Source: an uncultured Candidatus Sumerlaeota bacterium
Lineage (GTDB): Bacteria; CAYMEV01
Assembly: GCA_964389675.1 (NCBI GenBank)
Contig: CAYMEV010000007.1
Coordinates: 1-64,000, forward strand
DNA length: 64,000 nucleotides
Direction: 5' to 3'
In this document: one piece after another, positions 58,077-64,000 of the stretch
Numbering within the stretch: the first letter of the stretch is position 1
Layout of the letters: every line of letters starts with the position of its first letter
Notes under the pieces: generated by a model
Told to the model about the DNA's origin: nothing
The model's database searches: none
The model's input: the letters and a program-made list of their open reading frames with translations, nothing else
Position numbers and translations under genes: made by a program

Positions 58077-59342
58077 ATAAAGGGTATTACAACCACAATA
58101 TTACCTCTGATCTTATTACTGGTTTTAATTCCGGATATTTATTGCCGGTCTGTATCATATGGCTTATATGATATCGGGAAAGGTAAATATTTAATAAGCC
58201 AGGACATTGATAAATGCCTTATTCCAGCTTCTCTGCAGAAGATTGTCGTCACAAATGCGGCAAGAAGGATTCTCGGTGATAAGTACTGCTTTTGCACAGT
58301 TGTTTCAGCAAGGGGATGCATATCTGAATGTGTCTTTTCAGGAGAGATATGCATAAGGGGAAGCGGAGACCCTGTTCTTGCAAGCTCTGATCTGTACCAG
58401 CTTAAAGACTTTATGACCAGGATGGAGATCAGGCAGTTCAGGGGCAGGATCATCATAGACAGGGATATATTTGATGATGAATTTTTCCCCGTAGCATGGG
58501 GAGAAAGGGATGGATTCCAGAAGGTTTATTCCAGGATAAGCGGATTCAATATTGACCACAACCTTTACCGGGTTTCTGTAAATAACCGGTCAGTAACCAA
58601 AATAAAACCTTTTCCCGGCAAAAAGGACTCTGGATATATCAATAGGATAATAAGAGATAATGCTAATAAATATACTGCTGAACAGCACTACTATATAAGA
58701 GCGGCCGATATGGTTCATTATCCTTCTGCAGTTATAGCATATATCTTTAGGGATGCCGGGATATTGTTTAATGAAATGCAGATTGATGAACCAGCTGAAA
58801 CTGTATTTACATTCAGGGTAAAATCTCCGAAGCTTTTGGATATTTTAAGGGAAATGAACAAAGAAAGCGATAATCTGATTGCTGAGTCTCTGCTGAAATT
58901 GCTTGGACATATTAAATCTGGAAAGCAGGGCAGATTTGAAGATGGCCTTGAATCTCTGAGAATGTTCTACAGGGACATCATTCATGAAGGAATCAATTTT
59001 GCAGACGGTTCCGGCTTTTCAGACCTTAACAGGCTTTCTGTAAGATTTGCTGTTGAACTGCTTTCGCAGGAAGATATCTATCCACTGCTTGCTGAATCTC
59101 TTGAAAATCTTTCAAAGATTATTAATATTGAAATACCCCGAGGTTTTAATATATTCTATAAGACTGGATCGATATACGGGGTAAGGGCATTGGCGGGATG
59201 CATCCTTTTCAGGGGAAGGAGATACGCTTTTTGTATAATCATTAATGACAGGCACGGGAACGGGGCTGATTTTAACGAAATAGGAATATACATGAAAGAA
59301 TTTTTAAGCAGGATAAATAAGGATGTAGATGAGAAAAAATAG
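58077..59342 (+). CDS. dacB: D-Ala-D-Ala carboxypeptidase/endopeptidase PBP4 (S13), probable ATA start
   Basis: Frame is open from the TAA at 58068-70 and encodes a signal peptide, the PASLQK (SxxK) motif and GSGDP upstream of the tracked ATG 58413; SDN and KTG motifs downstream; SD AGGAG at 58062-66. Confidence 0.82.
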   Translation: MKGITTTILPLILLLVLIPDIYCRSVSYGLYDIGKGKYLISQDIDKCLIPASLQKIVVTNAARRILGDKYCFCTVVSARGCISECVFSGEICIRGSGDPVLASSDLYQLKDFMTRMEIRQFRGRIIIDRDIFDDEFFPVAWGERDGFQKVYSRISGFNIDHNLYRVSVNNRSVTKIKPFPGKKDSGYINRIIRDNANKYTAEQHYYIRAADMVHYPSAVIAYIFRDAGILFNEMQIDEPAETVFTFRVKSPKLLDILREMNKESDNLIAESLLKLLGHIKSGKQGRFEDGLESLRMFYRDIIHEGINFADGSGFSDLNRLSVRFAVELLSQEDIYPLLAESLENLSKIINIEIPRGFNIFYKTGSIYGVRALAGCILFRGRRYAFCIIINDRHGNGADFNEIGIYMKEFLSRINKDVDEKK

Positions 59343-60243
59343 ATACAGTATCGGGATTGCAAATATCTCATCATATACCAATGATAATGATATTGATATT
59401 ATTATGAATAATTTATACAGCCTTTATGCAAAAAGTATTTTTCTTGCATCCAATATTGGATTGAGATACCACTTTTATGCTGGAAACGATATTGAAAGGG
59501 CTTCAGGCCTGACAGAGCTGCAAAAAAGGGGTGACATAGATATTATAATGTTTCTCAGGGGCGGGTACGGGGCTATCAGGGTTCTGAAATATCTGGATAC
59601 GGATACCTTATCAGCTTATTCAAAGCCAATGATAGGTATGAGTGACTTAACAGCACTTTTCATCTATTATTATCAGAAAACAGGCAAAATTGCCTTTCAC
59701 GGCCCTAATCTGGTCTCTGAATTTCTTAGTCCAGGGGAGAACGAAAACAAAGCGGATATATTCCGAAAGGCCATGGCAAAATCAGGTACTCCCCTTATAA
59801 GCCGAAAAGATTGGGAAAATCTGCATGTTCTCAGCAGAGGTTCTGCCCGCAGCAGGCTTATAGGCGGTAATCTGTCCACCATTGCCTCCATGGCCGGTAC
59901 ATCATATATTTCTCCTTTCAGCGGGCATATCCTTTTTATTGAAGATACTGGTGAAAGGCCATATAGAGTGGACAGGATGCTTACACAGTGTTTCCTTGCC
60001 GGGCTTTTCGACAACCTGAAGGCTGTCCTGATAGGAGATTTCACTCAGGGGGTCCCCGAGAATGAAACTGGCCTGTTTGAGATTGTATTCAGGGAGCATT
60101 TTTCCGGAAGGGGATACCCTGTAATAATGAACATGCCCTTTGGGCACGGCAAAAAGAAGCTTACTATGCCAGTCGGGGCAATGGTCGAAGTCGATACATG
60201 CCGGAAGAAAATAATTATCTGCGAGGATATCCAGGTTGCATAA
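59329..60243 (+). CDS. ldcA: LD-carboxypeptidase (S66)
   Basis: RGGYG, GMSDLT, HGP, GGNL, FIEDTGE, FGHG. Confidence 0.9.
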   Translation: MRKNRYSIGIANISSYTNDNDIDIIMNNLYSLYAKSIFLASNIGLRYHFYAGNDIERASGLTELQKRGDIDIIMFLRGGYGAIRVLKYLDTDTLSAYSKPMIGMSDLTALFIYYYQKTGKIAFHGPNLVSEFLSPGENENKADIFRKAMAKSGTPLISRKDWENLHVLSRGSARSRLIGGNLSTIASMAGTSYISPFSGHILFIEDTGERPYRVDRMLTQCFLAGLFDNLKAVLIGDFTQGVPENETGLFEIVFREHFSGRGYPVIMNMPFGHGKKKLTMPVGAMVEVDTCRKKIIICEDIQVA

Positions 60244-61690
60244 AGCCGGAAATTATTTTATAACTGCACCAGACACAGAGAACTTTAGCCTTGAATATAT
60301 AATAAAAAGCCTTCATATAAACAAATTTATCTTTTTTAGGCGACATACCCGCGATAAGGAAAAAATGCTCAAGACTATCTCAGCCATCAGATACCTGTGC
60401 TTTCCGGACATAGCTCTGATATCAGTAGATGAAGAAGGCGGGATGGTAAGCCGACTGTCGCACATAATAGGGGGTATCCCGGGGGCTATGGCCCTGTCAG
60501 CTTGTGATGACAGTATAATATATGAGGTATATTCATTTCTGTTCGGGGCATTGAGACAGCTGGGCTACAATCTTGACTATATGCCTGTTCTGGATATTCT
60601 GCATAATTTTAAGAACAGCAGTATATCTACCAGAGCATACGGTTATGATCGAAAGTCAGTTGAAAGGTGTGCATCAATTGCGGTTTTTGCAGCAGAAGAT
60701 CAGGGTATGTTCTGCTGCCTGAAGCATTTCCCGGGCCTTGGCAGGACAGAGATTGACAGTCATTATGGGCTTCCTGTTATATCAGGGGAAAAAAGTGCGA
60801 TTGAAAAAGATATGGAAATATATAGAAATATACTGAAGGAGCGCAGTAATTGTTTTATTATGACTGCGCACGCCCTGTACAGGGATTTTGGTGATTCAAT
60901 CAGTACGTTTTCGAGAAAACTGATAAGCGGAAAGCTTAAAGAGGACCTTGCTTTTTCTGGAGCTGTTATTTCAGATGACCTCCTCATGGGAGCACTTGAT
61001 TCTGAAATTTTAATGGAGAACAGGGCAGTAAAAGCCTTTAAGGCAGGTATGGATCTTCTCCTTGTCTCGCGACTGGATGACAGGTTCATAAGAATGTATT
61101 CCGCTCTCGAAAAGAGTATTGAAGAAGGGGCTGTCACAAACGAAAGGCTTAATGATGCTGATAAAAGGATAGCTTTTTCAAGTCTGAAAGCCGCGGGCAG
61201 GTCATATTTCAGCCCTCAGGAGTCAATAATTCCTGAAAGCATCCTGCATCAGGTATCGGATATTCTGTATTCCAGGGCGAAAATTATGCCTGGAACCAGA
61301 ACAGCCATTGAAAGAATAATAATACATATTCCCAGCAAAATACTTTCCTATAGCCCGGTAATTGAAGAGCATGTATTTACAGGAACATCCATTGCAGAAT
61401 TTAAAAGCATCGGGATTGACCTGTATGACTCTTTTATTGATATCAGTAATATCGACAGGGGTAAAACCCATATTATAATTACCGCTAATCCATATTACAG
61501 TGAGATGCATATCGAGAACCTGAAAGAGCTTGATGAGAAGCTGGAGGCATACTATATGATCTCACTGGGAGAGCCTCAGGAGGGTTTCTTAATGCATAAT
61601 GCAAAAAAAATAATATATCTTTGCACCGCCAATGAGACTGTATTAATAGATGTTCTGATAAGATTAACAGGAGATATCGCAGAAAAATAA
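60236..61690 (+). CDS. nagZ: GH3 beta-N-acetylhexosaminidase
   Basis: DEEGG, KHFPGLG..DSH, MTAH, SDDLLM. Confidence 0.88.
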   Translation: MHKAGNYFITAPDTENFSLEYIIKSLHINKFIFFRRHTRDKEKMLKTISAIRYLCFPDIALISVDEEGGMVSRLSHIIGGIPGAMALSACDDSIIYEVYSFLFGALRQLGYNLDYMPVLDILHNFKNSSISTRAYGYDRKSVERCASIAVFAAEDQGMFCCLKHFPGLGRTEIDSHYGLPVISGEKSAIEKDMEIYRNILKERSNCFIMTAHALYRDFGDSISTFSRKLISGKLKEDLAFSGAVISDDLLMGALDSEILMENRAVKAFKAGMDLLLVSRLDDRFIRMYSALEKSIEEGAVTNERLNDADKRIAFSSLKAAGRSYFSPQESIIPESILHQVSDILYSRAKIMPGTRTAIERIIIHIPSKILSYSPVIEEHVFTGTSIAEFKSIGIDLYDSFIDISNIDRGKTHIIITANPYYSEMHIENLKELDEKLEAYYMISLGEPQEGFLMHNAKKIIYLCTANETVLIDVLIRLTGDIAEK

Positions 61691-61698
61691 TAATTTAC

Positions 61699-61726
61699 TT
61701 GATATTTTATTATTAGTTCTTATAAT
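61699..61726 (+). promoter_or_regulatory. promoter of the small protein gene
   Basis: TTGATA-16 bp-TATAAT. Confidence 0.6.
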
Positions 61727-61762
61727 ATTCACTCTATTTATTGTGATTTAGGAGGGGATTTT

Positions 61763-61930
61763 ATGAATCAGAAGACAGCTAAACTGCTCAGAAAATTTTC
61801 AAGATTCAGTGGAAAGCCTATTCAGGAACTTAAGGAAATCTGGCTTAACAGCTCCGCAAAGGAGAAAGCAAATTTAAGGGCTGAATTGGAAAAAAAGCTG
61901 GAATCTTCCGGAAATCAGGAGACCAAATAA
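61763..61930 (+). CDS. 55-aa basic helical small protein (below the ORF-track cutoff)
   Basis: SD AGGAGG; MNQKTAKLLRKFSRFSGKPIQELKEIWLNSSAKEKANLRAELEKKLESSGNQETK; has its own promoter and terminator. Confidence 0.8.
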   Translation: MNQKTAKLLRKFSRFSGKPIQELKEIWLNSSAKEKANLRAELEKKLESSGNQETK

Positions 61931-61940
61931 TATTTTAGAT

Positions 61941-61970
61941 AAAAAGGATTGACGCCCGTCAATCCTTTTT
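61941..61970 (+). terminator. intrinsic (bidirectional-type) terminator
   Basis: AAAAAGGATTGAC-GCCC-GTCAATCCTTTTT. Confidence 0.88.
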
Positions 61971-62033
61971 AAAACCTTTTCACTGCTTTATCGTAATCCT
62001 TTGTATAAATAAGTTATTAATACCGGTGTAATA

Positions 62034-63833
62034 ATGAAGAAGCTGCTGAGATTTTTCAGTAATATCAAGCCTTTTATACCATATATGTTCAGGTTTAAGT
62101 GGCACTATCTTTTTACTTTAGTATTTCTGGGAACTGCCAATCTGTGCCAGCTGTACATACCCAAAGTACTTAAGAAAGCCGTTGATTCAATATCAGATAC
62201 GGCTGTTGCACAGGAAGACATTCAAAGAGTAATACTTACCAGTGCTGTCTATATAGTGGTGCTCGGGCTTGGGATATATTTATCAAGGGTCATATGGAGG
62301 ATTTTCCTCTGGCTGACAGGTATTCGCATCAATATTGAGATCAGGGATAAATTCTTTGCTCATCTCGTCGAAATGGATCCCTCATTTTATGAAAAGAACA
62401 GGACCGGTGAGCTTATGGCTCTGGCGACCAATGATATTCAGGCTGTGACCCAGTCATTCAGAATGGGTGTTGTATCTCTTTTTGATGGTACATTTATGCT
62501 TTTCCTGTCCTTATTTTTCATGCTCAATATTAATCCCAGGCTCACATTTTTTGTGTTTATCCCCTTTCCTGTAATTATGTTCATAACACTGCAGTTTAAT
62601 TATAAGATTCACAATACCTTCAAGCAAGTCCAGGAGGTATTTGCTGAAATGACTGAATTTATCAGGGAATATGTCTGGGGAATAAGAATTATCAGGGCTC
62701 ATTCAAAAGATGACCTGAATAAGGAAAAATTTGATGCTGTAAATAATAAGGTCATAAAAAAGAATTTAAATCTTGTAAAGGTTCAGGGGCTTTTCTTCCC
62801 GTCAATCTTTATCTTTTCCCAGTTTTCTTATCTGATGCTGATATATTTCGGGGGAAAGGATGTCATTCTGAGTAATGTATCCATGGGTGATTTTGTTGCA
62901 TTTATGTCATATATTCTTATATTGACATGGCCGACCATGGCCCTTGGCTGGTCAGTCAATATCTTTGAAAGGGGTGCGGCATCCATGAACAGGCTGAACA
63001 GGATATTTGCATTGAAACCCTTTAATGTTGACGGAGATGTTGAATATAAATCCTCAGACCCCCCGGAGATTTTTATAAAGGATCTAAACTTTACTTATCC
63101 GGACTCAGAGAACGGTATAAAGCTGGACTCACTGGTAATCCGGGCAGATTCATTTGTTGGCCTTATTGGAAAAACAGGCAGTGGAAAAAGTACTCTTCTA
63201 AAGCTGATAATGAAGACCTTTACAGCAGATGGAATCTTTATTGATGAAATACCTCTCAAGGATATTAAAACACAATCAATAAGGGATATAATCTCTATTG
63301 TGCCGCAGGATTCCATACTGTTCTCAGCAACTATAAGAGACAATATTGCATTCGGGGATCCTGACGTCCCGGATGATGAGATAGAAAAGGTCATTGATAT
63401 CTGCAGCTTCAGAAAGGACATAAGCAGTTTTCCAAAAGGCCTTGACACTATTGTGGGTGAAAGGGGCATAACACTGTCAGGAGGACAGAAACAGAGAATA
63501 TCCCTTGCAAGGGCAATAATACTCAGGAAACCGGTACTTATGCTGGATGATTGTCTGAGTGCTGTTGATTCAGAGACTGAAAGGCATATACTTCATAATT
63601 TAAAGCAGTTCAGAAGCAATATGTCAATTATTGCAGTCTCTAACAGAATATCTACAGTTATGGATGCAAGCAGAATATATGTATTTAATAATGGAGTTAT
63701 TGAAGCCAGCGGAAAACACGATGAGCTCTTAAAGACATCAAAGACATATTTCGAAATATTTGAAAGGCAGAAACTGCTTTCCGAGATAGAAGAAATTGAG
63801 GGTTATAAGGAGAAAGATGAGCGCCAGGGTTAA
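62034..63833 (+). CDS. ABC exporter, fused permease/ATPase (MdlA/YheI-like)
   Basis: RTGELMALATND, GKTGSGKST, LSGGQKQR, LDDCLSAVD. Confidence 0.94.
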   Translation: MKKLLRFFSNIKPFIPYMFRFKWHYLFTLVFLGTANLCQLYIPKVLKKAVDSISDTAVAQEDIQRVILTSAVYIVVLGLGIYLSRVIWRIFLWLTGIRINIEIRDKFFAHLVEMDPSFYEKNRTGELMALATNDIQAVTQSFRMGVVSLFDGTFMLFLSLFFMLNINPRLTFFVFIPFPVIMFITLQFNYKIHNTFKQVQEVFAEMTEFIREYVWGIRIIRAHSKDDLNKEKFDAVNNKVIKKNLNLVKVQGLFFPSIFIFSQFSYLMLIYFGGKDVILSNVSMGDFVAFMSYILILTWPTMALGWSVNIFERGAASMNRLNRIFALKPFNVDGDVEYKSSDPPEIFIKDLNFTYPDSENGIKLDSLVIRADSFVGLIGKTGSGKSTLLKLIMKTFTADGIFIDEIPLKDIKTQSIRDIISIVPQDSILFSATIRDNIAFGDPDVPDDEIEKVIDICSFRKDISSFPKGLDTIVGERGITLSGGQKQRISLARAIILRKPVLMLDDCLSAVDSETERHILHNLKQFRSNMSIIAVSNRISTVMDASRIYVFNNGVIEASGKHDELLKTSKTYFEIFERQKLLSEIEEIEGYKEKDERQG

Positions 63834-64000
63834 TGAAGAAGAAGCAATAAAAGGGTATTTTGATTTAAAAACGCTGAAAAGAATTATCTCCCTGATGATG
63901 CCTCATAAAAAATTCTTTATCATTGCAGTTATCATTACCGTCATAGTGAGCGCAGTTGATATATCACTGCCAATAGTCATTAAGCAGGCTGTCGATGATT
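63817..64000 (+). CDS. 3'-truncated partner ABC exporter subunit (MdlB/YheH-like)
   Basis: SD AAGGAG, ATG 63817: MSARVNEEEAIKGYFDLKTLKRII...LPIVIKQAVDD, runs off the window. Confidence 0.8.
   Translation, partial: MSARVNEEEAIKGYFDLKTLKRIISLMMPHKKFFIIAVIITVIVSAVDISLPIVIKQAVDD

Noticed and set aside
58043..58171. 42-codon ORF overlapping the dacB 5' end as the true start (frameshift) or a leader peptide
   Set aside because: No SD, and its ATG lies in the predicted -10 box; the signal peptide is encoded in the dacB frame
84..63469. Many 60-190 aa antisense or alternate-frame ORFs in the track
   Set aside because: They lie within well-supported genes and lack SDs or motifs; they are shadow ORFs

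Overview
A gene-dense, AT-rich chromosomal segment from a diderm bacterium (two TolC-containing RND operons, a sigma-54 promoter, L27 without an N-terminal extension). The lineage cannot be assigned from sequence alone. I found no integrase, transposase, prophage gene or CRISPR array. Contents in order: a translationally coupled operon of an Fe-S/FAD amino-acid oxidase pair, an acyl carrier protein and an adenylating enzyme; tRNA-Ser(CGA); a 1525-aa secreted peptidoglycan hydrolase with three catalytic domains; MATE, S9 peptidase, transglutaminase-like and LsrF-like/ADH genes; a frameshifted PAS hybrid kinase; two RND systems; a Ser/Thr kinase-STAND ATPase-TPR (NLR-like) protein; mpg/comF/rlmH; DDAH; two heterodimeric ABC exporters; rplU-rpmA-obgE-nadD-rsfS; acpS; an ECF sigma factor behind a sigma-54 promoter; a GT-C/ABC/kinase/GT2 operon; and a dacB-ldcA-nagZ cell-wall recycling operon. 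Best leads: (1) the oxidase-ACP-adenylation operon as a possible carrier-protein-dependent amino-acid modification pathway; (2) the kinase-STAND-TPR protein as a possible pattern-recognition or defence receptor; (3) the tri-catalytic autolysin, whose SpoIID module is inserted inside a split FN3 domain; (4) a recurring 16-bp -35/-10 spacer, with two apparently leaderless genes and an ATA-initiated dacB. All product calls come from motif recognition by eye, not database searches.
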